Notes under the pieces: model-generated
What the model saw: the letters and a program-made list of their open reading frames with translations, nothing else
Told to the model about the DNA's origin: nothing
Databases searched by the model: none
NCBI GenBank assembly: GCA_045651205.1
Contig: JAZRSA010000045.1
Location: 1 to 61,295, forward strand
Direction of reading: 5' to 3'
DNA: 61,295 nucleotides
DNA from: Clostridia bacterium
Lineage (GTDB): Bacteria > Bacillota > Clostridia > TANB77 > CAG-465
Position numbers and translations under genes: made by a program
Shown: one piece after another, positions 39,761-48,982 of the stretch
Numbering within the stretch: the stretch's first letter is position 1
Layout: every line of letters starts with the position of its first letter

Positions 39761-40851
39761 TGCCAGCAAGACTTACAGTTAATCTTTCAAACTTAAAACA
39801 TAATATAGATAGCATAAGAACAAAATTACACGATGGCCAAGAAATACTTGCAATGGTTAAAGCTGATGCATATGGTTCAGGACTTGTAGAAGCTACTAAA
39901 TATCTAGAGGAAAACGGTATAAAAAACTTTGGTGTTGCTTATCTTAAAGAAGCTAAAAAGTTAAGAAACAATGGAATAGAAGGTAAAATAGTAGTATTTT
40001 CAGGATTACTTCCATATGAGGTAGAAGAAGCAGTAAACGTTGATGCTATATATAGTGTATCAAATATAGAAATATTAAAAGAGTTAAATGAAAAAGCAAA
40101 TAAGAAAATAAAAGTAGAACTTGCAATAGATACTGGTATGACTAGACTTGGTTTTGCTAAAGAGGAATTAGTAGAACTTGCAGAACTATTAAAAACTTTA
40201 GAAAATATAGAAGTAGACGGAATATATACTCACTTCTCTTGTGCTGATGTAAAAGGTAAAGAAGACTTTACTAAATCTCAAATAGCAACATTTGAAGAAA
40301 GTGTAAATATACTAGAACAAAATGGTATAGTTATTCCAAATAAGCATATAGACAATAGTGCAGGAATAATGAAATATAACTTAGATAAATTTAATATTGT
40401 AAGATTAGGCATTTCATTATATGGATATTTTCCAGATGCTATGTTTAAAGGTGAAACAGATCTTAAAGGCATCTTTAAATTAACAGCTCCTGTATGTAAT
40501 ATACGTACAGTAGGTGCAGGTCATGATGTAAGCTATGGCGCTACTTATACAACAGATAAGGAAACAAAAATAGCTGTACTTCAAATAGGATATGCTGATG
40601 GTTTAACAAGAGCTTTATCTAATAAATTTAAGGTTATTGTTAATGGTAAAGAAGCTCCAATTATAGGAAGAATATGTATGGATACATGTATGATTGATGT
40701 AACAGGTATAGATGTAAAACTTGGTGATGAAGCAATTATTTTTGATTATGATGGAGTAAAACTTGAAGAAATAGCATCGCTTACAAATACTATACATTAT
40801 GAAGTAATAACTACAATCGGTAAGAGAGTAGATAGAGAATATACAATGTAA
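39760..40851 (+). CDS. alr: alanine racemase
   Basis: AMVKADAYG, DTGM.RLG, GYADG and GRICMD motifs. Confidence 0.96.
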   Translation: MPARLTVNLSNLKHNIDSIRTKLHDGQEILAMVKADAYGSGLVEATKYLEENGIKNFGVAYLKEAKKLRNNGIEGKIVVFSGLLPYEVEEAVNVDAIYSVSNIEILKELNEKANKKIKVELAIDTGMTRLGFAKEELVELAELLKTLENIEVDGIYTHFSCADVKGKEDFTKSQIATFEESVNILEQNGIVIPNKHIDNSAGIMKYNLDKFNIVRLGISLYGYFPDAMFKGETDLKGIFKLTAPVCNIRTVGAGHDVSYGATYTTDKETKIAVLQIGYADGLTRALSNKFKVIVNGKEAPIIGRICMDTCMIDVTGIDVKLGDEAIIFDYDGVKLEEIASLTNTIHYEVITTIGKRVDREYTM

Positions 40852-40905
40852 AAAAAGATTGTATATTAAGTATAAAAACTAAATATTGGTAAAAAATATA
40901 TACAG

Positions 40906-41442
40906 GTGACGATTATGTTAGAATGTATATATTTTTTTATTATAGGAGCATTTGCAGGTTGGCTTTTAGAATGTGCCTTTAGATTTATAGCAGGACATTT
41001 AGATAAAAGCCCTGGAATATTGAATACTCCTTTTTGCACGCTGTATGGATTGGGTACGCTTGTATTATCTACTATTATATCTAGAATAACAACTAATCCG
41101 GCAATATTGTTTTTGTTATCTGCGGCTGTACTTACTCTTATGGAATATGTAACATATATTTTATTAAGAGATGTATATGGTCTTAAACTTTGGGATTACT
41201 CAAATATGACATTTAAGCTAGATGAGAAAGTATGTTTAGAGTTTTCGTTAATTTGGGGAACTTTAGGTATGTTGTATATTAAATACTTATTACCAGTACT
41301 TAGGGGATTCTTTTATGCGGCAAAGGGACCAACATTAATATTTGCAATATACTTGTTGTTTGGAATAATATTTGTAGATTTAATTTATTCTAATTACAAG
41401 TTGTTAAATAAAAAGAGATATGTTAAAGTTACGAACAATTAA
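40906..41442 (+). CDS. putative ABC-transporter-type membrane protein
   Basis: F.GWLLE, G.L..PFC.LYG.G and LWDYS...VCLEFS..WG motifs. Confidence 0.75.
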   Translation: MTIMLECIYFFIIGAFAGWLLECAFRFIAGHLDKSPGILNTPFCTLYGLGTLVLSTIISRITTNPAILFLLSAAVLTLMEYVTYILLRDVYGLKLWDYSNMTFKLDEKVCLEFSLIWGTLGMLYIKYLLPVLRGFFYAAKGPTLIFAIYLLFGIIFVDLIYSNYKLLNKKRYVKVTNN

Positions 41443-41510
41443 TTAGTTGCAATGTTTAATTCTTTATGAGATAATAATGTCTGGAAAATATATTATTAAA
41501 GAGGTAGTAT

Positions 41511-42587
41511 ATGGATATAGACATAAACAAGTTGTTAGATAGAAAACAAATTGTATTAGAAAGTAATAAAATTAAAAGTTTTATACACAACAAAACTGTG
41601 CTTGTAACAGGTGCTGGTGGTTCTATTGGTTCAGAACTTTGTAGACAAATTGCAAGTTTTGAACCTAAAGAACTAGTAATGCTAGATATATATGAAAATA
41701 CGTTATATGAAGTAGATATTGAGCTTAGAAGAAATTATCCTATGTTAGAGTTAAAAACAATAATAGCTAGCATAAGAGATGTTAAGAGAATAGATGAAAT
41801 ATTTAATGAATATAAACCGAATTTAGTATTTCATGCAGCAGCGCATAAACATGTTCCGTTAATGGAGACAAGCCCTATAGAGGCTATCAAGAACAATGTG
41901 TTTGGCACGCTTAATGTAGCGAAAGCAGCAGATAAATATAATGTGGACAAGTTTATACTAGTATCTACAGATAAAGCAGTAAATCCAACGAGTATAATGG
42001 GTGCTACAAAAAGAATTTGTGAGATGATAATCCAAATGATTAATGCTAAAAGTAGTACAAGCTATGTAGCGGTAAGGTTTGGAAATGTACTAGGAAGTCA
42101 CGGGTCTGTTATACCAATATTTAAAAGACAAATTAAGCAAGGTGGACCAGTAACGCTTACACATAAAGATATAACAAGATACTTTATGACTATATCTGAA
42201 GCGGTAGGGTTAATTCTTCAAGCAATAACATTTGCAGATGGCGGAGAGATATTTGTTTTAGATATGGGAAAACAAGTAAGAATATATGATCTTGCTGTTA
42301 AGTTAATAAACATGTATGGCTATGAAGTGGACAAGGATATTAAGATAGAAATAACTGGATTAAGACCCGGAGAAAAACTTTATGAAGAATTAATAATAAA
42401 TGAAGAAGGTTTAACAAAGACTCTTCATGAAAAAATATTAGTTACTAAAATAATGGACTATGATAGAGTTAAGGTTAAAGAAGAAGTAGAAAAACTAAGA
42501 GAACTTGTTAATTCCGAAAAAGAAGTTACTAAGGAAGAAATAAAGAAAGTTTTAAAAGAAATTGTACCAACATACAAAGAAAGTTAA
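41511..42587 (+). CDS. nucleoside-diphosphate sugar dehydratase (CapD/PglF-like, soluble domain only)
   Basis: TGAGGSIGSEL, HAAAHKHVP, STDKAVNP, VRFGNV and RPGEKLYEEL motifs. Confidence 0.9.
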   Translation: MDIDINKLLDRKQIVLESNKIKSFIHNKTVLVTGAGGSIGSELCRQIASFEPKELVMLDIYENTLYEVDIELRRNYPMLELKTIIASIRDVKRIDEIFNEYKPNLVFHAAAHKHVPLMETSPIEAIKNNVFGTLNVAKAADKYNVDKFILVSTDKAVNPTSIMGATKRICEMIIQMINAKSSTSYVAVRFGNVLGSHGSVIPIFKRQIKQGGPVTLTHKDITRYFMTISEAVGLILQAITFADGGEIFVLDMGKQVRIYDLAVKLINMYGYEVDKDIKIEITGLRPGEKLYEELIINEEGLTKTLHEKILVTKIMDYDRVKVKEEVEKLRELVNSEKEVTKEEIKKVLKEIVPTYKES

Positions 42588-42597
42588 GGTGGATAAT

Positions 42598-43140
42598 ATG
42601 GGCAAATCTGTTTTTGAAAAAGATATATATCGTTATTATGGTGAACAAGGTGAATCTAAAGAGAATAAGAAAAATAGAGGAAACGAAATTAAATATCTAT
42701 ATTATTTTAGAAAATGCCAAGAAACAACTGGACTTAAAAGAAAATTTTATGAAAAGAAATTAGACAAACTATCTAGAATAACACATATAAGAATTTCTCC
42801 TAAAACTAAAATAGGCGAAGGATTTTATATAGGACATTGTGGTAGAGTAATAATAAACCATAATGCGGTTATAGGCAAAAATGTAAACATAGCAACAGGT
42901 GTTACAATAGGTCAAGAAAATAGAGGAGAAAGAAAAGGAGTGCCAACTATTAAAGATAATGTTTGGATTGGTACAAATGCAGTTATAGTTGGAAATATAA
43001 CAATAGGAGAAGATGTGCTTATTGCACCGCTTACGTTTGTTAATTTTGATGTTCCAGACCATTCTATAGTAATTGGAAATCCAGGTAGAATTATTCCAAG
43101 AGAAAATGCTACGGAAGATTATATAAATAATAAGGTATAA
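42598..43140 (+). CDS. serine acetyltransferase-like hexapeptide O-acetyltransferase
   Basis: IGEGFYIGH, hexapeptide repeats and GNP motif. Confidence 0.85.
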   Translation: MGKSVFEKDIYRYYGEQGESKENKKNRGNEIKYLYYFRKCQETTGLKRKFYEKKLDKLSRITHIRISPKTKIGEGFYIGHCGRVIINHNAVIGKNVNIATGVTIGQENRGERKGVPTIKDNVWIGTNAVIVGNITIGEDVLIAPLTFVNFDVPDHSIVIGNPGRIIPRENATEDYINNKV

Positions 43141-43157
43141 ATTAATAAGTGAATATA

Positions 43158-43190
43158 AATACTACACTAAATGGTGTAGTATTATTTTTA
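43158..43190 (+). terminator. intrinsic terminator
   Basis: aatactacac-taaatg-gtgtagtatt followed by a T-rich run. Confidence 0.7.
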
Positions 43191-43347
43191 TTTTACTGTC
43201 AAAATTCGACACTGTCGTAAAAAATATTATGCTAGACTAATATGACTGGGTAATGGATATTATTACTTGTTGACTTTTGACGTTCATATTGGTAATATTA
43301 TATTGGTAATAAGAGTAAAATTATGGTAAATGAAAGGAGGGGCAAAT

Positions 43348-43833
43348 ATGGTAAGTGCTAAAGATGTGGCAAGATATTTTCTTTCTATTGATAAAGAAAG
43401 AAAATTATTTAATAAAAGATTGGTAAAGTGTAATGAAAGAAATTGTTATGAAGGTAATATTAGATTAAACAAGTATTTGTATTTTTCGCAAACGGTATAT
43501 TTAGCTAAATATGGCGAGTTACTTTTTAATGAACCTATTCAGGCTTATGATAATGGACCTATAGTAAAAAATGTTCAAGAAAGTTATGCCGTTATGTATG
43601 CTAGTGAAAACAAAGAAATTATACTCAATGATAAAATAAAAGTTTTTTTAGATAAAATCTATGAAGCACTAAAAGATGCTACATATGAAGAGTTGGTTGA
43701 GATAACTCACGAAGATACTGCGTGGAAAGAATTAAGTGATAAAACATATAATGCTCCTGTTATAAATATAATGAAATACCAAAAGAAATATGAAAAACAA
43801 TATAAAGGACTTATAAAGGTAATGGGAATATAA
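43348..43833 (+). CDS. Panacea (DUF4065/SocA-like) antitoxin
   Basis: A.DVA.YF, N.RLNK.LYF.Q, LF.E.I.A...GP.V and L...TH....W motifs. Confidence 0.85.
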   Translation: MVSAKDVARYFLSIDKERKLFNKRLVKCNERNCYEGNIRLNKYLYFSQTVYLAKYGELLFNEPIQAYDNGPIVKNVQESYAVMYASENKEIILNDKIKVFLDKIYEALKDATYEELVEITHEDTAWKELSDKTYNAPVINIMKYQKKYEKQYKGLIKVMGI

Positions 43834-43836
43834 AAT

Positions 43837-44262
43837 TTGGAATTAGAAGTAGGACAAGTGTTGTGGTTAAACGTTAGATATCAAACAGATGTTGTTTCTA
43901 AAGTTCCACATCCAATGTTAGTAGCTATAGCAAATGTAGAAGAAAACAATATAGAAGTTATTGCAATAGACAAAGCTAAAGATAAATTGCATCAACTTTT
44001 GAATGAAGCTAATTTCTTCTTAGATTCAGAAAGTCCTAAAGAAAAAGTCATATATGTAGATAGTTATGCTCAGTTAAATAATATTTTAACAATAGAATAT
44101 TTTCCGGAACTTGTTAATTATAGAAAAACAGAAGCTAAACTTTCAAAAGGAAAACTTCTAGAGTTGTTAAATGAGTATGAAAAGTATCATGCAAGAAATA
44201 TTATTCCAGATAATAGAATAGTGCATATGACAAAAGAAGATATATTATTGATGAATAAGTAA
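43837..44262 (+). CDS. putative PemK/MazF-like toxin
   Basis: GQVLW...HPMLV and DSYA pattern; 3 nt downstream of the Panacea gene. Confidence 0.55.
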   Translation: MELEVGQVLWLNVRYQTDVVSKVPHPMLVAIANVEENNIEVIAIDKAKDKLHQLLNEANFFLDSESPKEKVIYVDSYAQLNNILTIEYFPELVNYRKTEAKLSKGKLLELLNEYEKYHARNIIPDNRIVHMTKEDILLMNK

Positions 44263-44291
44263 TGCAATGCTTACACATTGCATTATTTTTG
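44259..44291 (+). terminator. intrinsic terminator
   Basis: taatgcaatg-cttaca-cattgcatta followed by a T run. Confidence 0.8.
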
Positions 44292-44426
44292 TTTTATGAA
44301 AACTTTATAAAAATATCCAAAAATATATAGCAATTAAAAAATCTTTATGATAACATATATTTGTATAATATTAAAGTGGATATTTATGCGTAGATTTAAG
44401 CTAAATATTCTCGGGAGGTAAAACAT

Positions 44427-45245
44427 ATGAAAACGGTCGTAATAACTGGAAGCGCAAGAGGGCTTGGGTTTGAAATGGCAAAGGTATTTAAGAAAAACAA
44501 TGTTAATGTTGTAATAAGCGATTTAAAGGAAGAAAATCTAAAGAAAGCTAAAAAATTATTAGATGAAATAGAAAGTGAATCTAAAGTGTCTTATGCAGTT
44601 TGTAATGTAACAAATGAAGAACAAGTTTTAGATTTAATTGCTCATGCAAATAAAACATTTGGCAAAATAGATATATGGATAAATAATGCTGGTGTAAACC
44701 AACCAGAAAGAGCTATTTGGGAACTAGATACTAAAGATATAGACACTGTGCTTAACGTAGATTTAAAGGGTGCTATAATTGGTTCTAAATATGCTATGTT
44801 AGATATGTCTAAAAATGGTGAAGGTGCTATATATAATATTGAAGGATATGGCAGCAATGATGCTAAAATGTTAGGCTTATCTATATATGGAACAAGTAAA
44901 AGAGCGGTTACATACTTTACAGAAGCTTTAGCAAAAGAATCTGCTGAAAGAAATACAGGAGTTATTGTTGGTAAGCTTAGCCCTGGTATTATGATAACAG
45001 ACTTCATAACTAACGCGTTAGGTAATGGTGAAGCAATTAATCTTTCAGAAAAAACTAAAAAAGTATATAACATTCTTGGAGATTATCCAGATGTAGTTGC
45101 TAAATTCCTAGTAGAAGGAATGTTAAAGAATACAAAGAATGACGCTAAGATAGAATGGTTAACAAGTTCTAAAGCAGCTTGGAGATTTATGACAGCAGGG
45201 TTTAACAAAAGAGATTTCTTTGATCAAAAATTATTAAAAAGTTAA
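44427..45245 (+). CDS. short-chain dehydrogenase/reductase
   Basis: TGSARGLG, NNAG and YGTSK (YxxxK) motifs. Confidence 0.93.
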   Translation: MKTVVITGSARGLGFEMAKVFKKNNVNVVISDLKEENLKKAKKLLDEIESESKVSYAVCNVTNEEQVLDLIAHANKTFGKIDIWINNAGVNQPERAIWELDTKDIDTVLNVDLKGAIIGSKYAMLDMSKNGEGAIYNIEGYGSNDAKMLGLSIYGTSKRAVTYFTEALAKESAERNTGVIVGKLSPGIMITDFITNALGNGEAINLSEKTKKVYNILGDYPDVVAKFLVEGMLKNTKNDAKIEWLTSSKAAWRFMTAGFNKRDFFDQKLLKS

Positions 45246-45270
45246 TCTAAAGATAAAGTGAAGAGGAAAA

Positions 45271-47070
45271 ATGAGAAAAATAGTACAAAAGTATTTAGGT
45301 ATTAAGAAACCTGAAATAACAAAGATGACTATTGGTTCTCAAAATGAAACATATGATGTTAATGGGAAATATGTACTTAAAGTATTTAGTAAAGATGCAG
45401 TAAACAGTGAAAGTGCGAAAAACTTACGAGAGCTAAAAGAAATAGTAGCAGAAGTCTTTTGGACTAAAGGAGTACCTATGGTACTTCCTTTAATGTTTAA
45501 AGATAAATATATTCAAGGAGATAATCCATATTTTGTAATATATCCTAAAGTTAAAATGAAGAGTGTTACAAGAGATGAGATTACTGATGAACATGTCTTA
45601 GCAATAAGTAATTTTGTTGCTAAAATGCATAATATAAGATTGGATGTTCCTGCTCTTAAACGAAAAAAAGAAAAATTTGCTATTGATGTAGATAAATACA
45701 TTAGGTTATATAATCTAAATAACAAAATGAATGTTACATTAAGAGAAAACAAGGAGTTAATAGAAAAATTACAAAGCAAAATAAATAACGCTATAGATTC
45801 GTTAAAAACTAAAGAAGTAATAAGCCATAACGATCTTAAGTTAGATAATGTTTTATGGGATAAGTTTAATCCATACTTCATAGACTTTGATGCAGTTGGA
45901 TATGTAAATCATATGTGTGCAGCAAATGAGTATGCATATGTGTGGTGCACAAAAAATGGTAAGATAGATTTAAAACGTTATCAAATGTTTATGGAAAACT
46001 ATCTTAAACATCATTATTGTTTAGAAAATTTTGAAGATGTGTTATATATGACACTTTATGGAAAATTTTCTTGGCTTAGATATAGTTTGGATAGAGGCAG
46101 ATCTAAAGATGAAGAACAGGCACGTCTTGGAATAGAAGCAATAATGCATATGCTTAAAGAATTTGCTATGTATGAAAAAACAATTCCAGGAATGCTTAAA
46201 GTTTTAGAAAAATTAGTAAAAAAAGATGAACCTAAAAAAGAAATAGGTATAAAGCAAATAACTAATTATCATTCACATACATATAGATGTAGACATGCAG
46301 ATGATACAGTTATGGATGAAGACTATGTAAAAGAATATATAAAGGCAGGATTTAAGGAAATAGCTTTTACAGATCACGCGCCACAAAAGAATGTCATCGA
46401 CACAAGAAAACGCATGAGAATGGATTATAGCGAAAAAGAAGACTATTTAAATAGTGTTAGATATCTTAAAGAAAAATATAAAGATAAAATAAGTATAAAA
46501 GTTGGATTTGAGATAGAATACTTACCAGAACATTTAGAAGAATTAAAAGAGCTAAAAGAAGAATGTGATTTGTTAGTTCTTGGGCAACATTATGTATATG
46601 ATAGAAAGAATAATGAACTAAAAGTGTTTAATGAAAAGGTTAGACCAGATATTTCTGATGCAGAACTAGATGAATATTATGAATATATAGAACAAGCAGT
46701 AAAACATGACTTAGTAAAAATAATAGTCCATCCAGATATGTTTATGTGTGTAAGAGATAAGTTTGGACCTACAGAAGAAAAACTAGCAAGAAAGATAGCT
46801 AAACTTGCAGAAAAACACAATATAATACTTGAAATAAACCTAATGGAAGTATTTAAGCATATGTGTGGCAAACAAAATAAAATATCTTATCCAAATAGAG
46901 AGTTCTGGAGAATTGTTTCTGAGTATAATGTGCCAGTAATGTATGGCATAGATGCTCACTTTATAGGACAAATAAGAAGTCGTGAAGAAATGATAAAATT
47001 TACAAGAGCGTATATCGGTAAAGATATTATTTCCAAATTAAACTTTGTGGAAGATTATAAACTAAAATAA
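45271..47070 (+). CDS. APH-like kinase fused to a PHP (histidinol-phosphatase-like) domain
   Basis: HNDLKLDNV..IDFD kinase motifs; then NYHSHT.RC.HA, FTDH, HPD and GIDAH PHP motifs. Confidence 0.8.
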   Translation: MRKIVQKYLGIKKPEITKMTIGSQNETYDVNGKYVLKVFSKDAVNSESAKNLRELKEIVAEVFWTKGVPMVLPLMFKDKYIQGDNPYFVIYPKVKMKSVTRDEITDEHVLAISNFVAKMHNIRLDVPALKRKKEKFAIDVDKYIRLYNLNNKMNVTLRENKELIEKLQSKINNAIDSLKTKEVISHNDLKLDNVLWDKFNPYFIDFDAVGYVNHMCAANEYAYVWCTKNGKIDLKRYQMFMENYLKHHYCLENFEDVLYMTLYGKFSWLRYSLDRGRSKDEEQARLGIEAIMHMLKEFAMYEKTIPGMLKVLEKLVKKDEPKKEIGIKQITNYHSHTYRCRHADDTVMDEDYVKEYIKAGFKEIAFTDHAPQKNVIDTRKRMRMDYSEKEDYLNSVRYLKEKYKDKISIKVGFEIEYLPEHLEELKELKEECDLLVLGQHYVYDRKNNELKVFNEKVRPDISDAELDEYYEYIEQAVKHDLVKIIVHPDMFMCVRDKFGPTEEKLARKIAKLAEKHNIILEINLMEVFKHMCGKQNKISYPNREFWRIVSEYNVPVMYGIDAHFIGQIRSREEMIKFTRAYIGKDIISKLNFVEDYKLK

Positions 47071-47148
47071 AAGGCATATGCCTTTTATTTTTTTTATACT
47101 TGGTATATAATGTCACTAGTATTTAATTAAATTTAAAGAGGGTAATAT

Positions 47149-48045
47149 ATGAAATCAGAAAAGAATATATTTATAGCATTTTTGCTTAATTTGCTATTTG
47201 CAATAATAGAACTAGTTGGTGGTTTTGTAACTAATAGTATTTCAATAATATCAGACTCTGTTCATGATTTTGGAGATGCTTTAAGTATTGGAATGGCATA
47301 TTTCTTAGAAAAGAAATCTAGTAAGAAACCAGATAAAAATTATACATATGGATATCTTAGATATTCTATGTTAAGTGCACTTTTAACATCGACAATACTA
47401 CTTGTTGGAGCAGTATTTGTAATAGTTGGAGCAATACCTAGATTAATAAATCCAGTAGAAGTAAATCATAATGGGATGTTAATATTAGCAATATTAGGTG
47501 TAGTAATAAATTTAATTGCTGCAGCTAAAACATCACATAGTCATAACCTAAATGAGAAAGCAATTAACCTTCATTTAATAGAAGATGTACTAGGTTGGGT
47601 AGCTGTACTTGCAGGAAGTATTGTAATTAAGTTTACAGGTTTGTACATAATAGATCCAATACTTTCTATTGGTATAACAATATATATTTTGTATCATGTG
47701 TATAAAAATATTAAAGAGGTATTTAATGTACTTCTAGAAAAAGTGCCAAGTGATGTGGATTTGGAAAAGTTAAAAGAAGAATTAAATAGTATAGAAAAAG
47801 TAAAAGATGTGCATCACATACATATATGGACAATGGATAATATACATCATTATATAACGCTACACGCTATGGTAGAAAAGGATGTGGATTTAGAAGAAGT
47901 TAAACATAAAATACGTGAAACTTTAGAAAAATATAATCTTACCCATTCTACTATAGAGATAGAATATAACAAGTGTGAACATGGTGAGTGTGAGATAAAA
48001 CATGTAGAACATGAACATGTGCATCATCACCACCATCATCATTAA
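47149..48045 (+). CDS. CDF Zn/Co efflux transporter (CzcD/ZitB-like)
   Basis: SDSVHDFGD, HLIED, VHHIHIW and a His-rich C-terminus. Confidence 0.92.
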   Translation: MKSEKNIFIAFLLNLLFAIIELVGGFVTNSISIISDSVHDFGDALSIGMAYFLEKKSSKKPDKNYTYGYLRYSMLSALLTSTILLVGAVFVIVGAIPRLINPVEVNHNGMLILAILGVVINLIAAAKTSHSHNLNEKAINLHLIEDVLGWVAVLAGSIVIKFTGLYIIDPILSIGITIYILYHVYKNIKEVFNVLLEKVPSDVDLEKLKEELNSIEKVKDVHHIHIWTMDNIHHYITLHAMVEKDVDLEEVKHKIRETLEKYNLTHSTIEIEYNKCEHGECEIKHVEHEHVHHHHHHH

Positions 48046-48071
48046 TAGATATTTTGTAGGAGGTACATATT

Positions 48072-48578
48072 ATGGAACAAGTAGATATCTTAAACAGATT
48101 TAGAGAACAAACAGGAGTTACAAAAGGAAGAAAAGAGCTAGAAAAAGGAGAATACAGAATTTCTACACATATTTGGGTTATGGATAGTGAAAATAGAATA
48201 CTTGTACTTAAACGTTCGGAAGCAGAAGATAAATTCCCTGGTATGTGGGCTCAAGTTGGTGGCGGAGTTGTAGCAGGAGATACTAGTAAAGAAACTGTTA
48301 TAAAGGAATGCCAAGAAGAACTAGGACTAACTGTTAAAGAAGAGAATATGTACTATGCAGCAAGTTATATTAGAACAAAAGACATAGTTGATGTATGGCT
48401 AGTGTGGCAAGATGTAAATGTAGATGAATTAGTATTACAAGAAGAGGAAGTAGCTGATGCTAAACTTGTAACACTTAAAGAATTTGATTCTATGATAGAA
48501 CAAGGAATGGTAGTTCCATCAATTAATCCATCATACTATCTTATGAAAAACTATGTAGAACAATATATGGATAAGTAG
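48072..48578 (+). CDS. NUDIX hydrolase
   Basis: GG...GD...T..KECQEELGL Nudix box variant and LQEEEV. Confidence 0.85.
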   Translation: MEQVDILNRFREQTGVTKGRKELEKGEYRISTHIWVMDSENRILVLKRSEAEDKFPGMWAQVGGGVVAGDTSKETVIKECQEELGLTVKEENMYYAASYIRTKDIVDVWLVWQDVNVDELVLQEEEVADAKLVTLKEFDSMIEQGMVVPSINPSYYLMKNYVEQYMDK

Positions 48579-48603
48579 AAGTAAAACAAACAAGGAGAAA
48601 TAA

Positions 48604-48936
48604 ATGGTAGGAAAATATAAAGTAATAACATTATGTGGTTCAACTAGATTTAAGGATGAGTTTTTAAGAGAGCAAAAACGTTTAACATTAGAAGGAAATA
48701 TTGTAATATCTGTTGGACTTTTTGGACACTCAGGAGACAATGAAGTTTGGGAAAGTATGGACGAAGGAACTCTAACTAAAACTAAAGAAATGTTAGATGA
48801 TATGCATAAAAGAAAAATAGATATGGCAGATGAAATATTTGTTATTAATGTAAATGGGTATATTGGGGAAAGTACTAAATCAGAAATAGCGTATGCAGAA
48901 AGTACAGGTAAGGCGATAAATTATCTTGAAAAATAA
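48604..48936 (+). CDS. hypothetical protein, nucleoside 2-deoxyribosyltransferase-like fold
   Basis: ITLCGS.RF...KID.AD.IFV...GYIG.ST..EI.YA...GK pattern. Confidence 0.6.
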   Translation: MVGKYKVITLCGSTRFKDEFLREQKRLTLEGNIVISVGLFGHSGDNEVWESMDEGTLTKTKEMLDDMHKRKIDMADEIFVINVNGYIGESTKSEIAYAESTGKAINYLEK

Positions 48937-48982
48937 TATTTTTTAAGATAGTATAAATGTATATAAATAAGAGGTAAAACAT

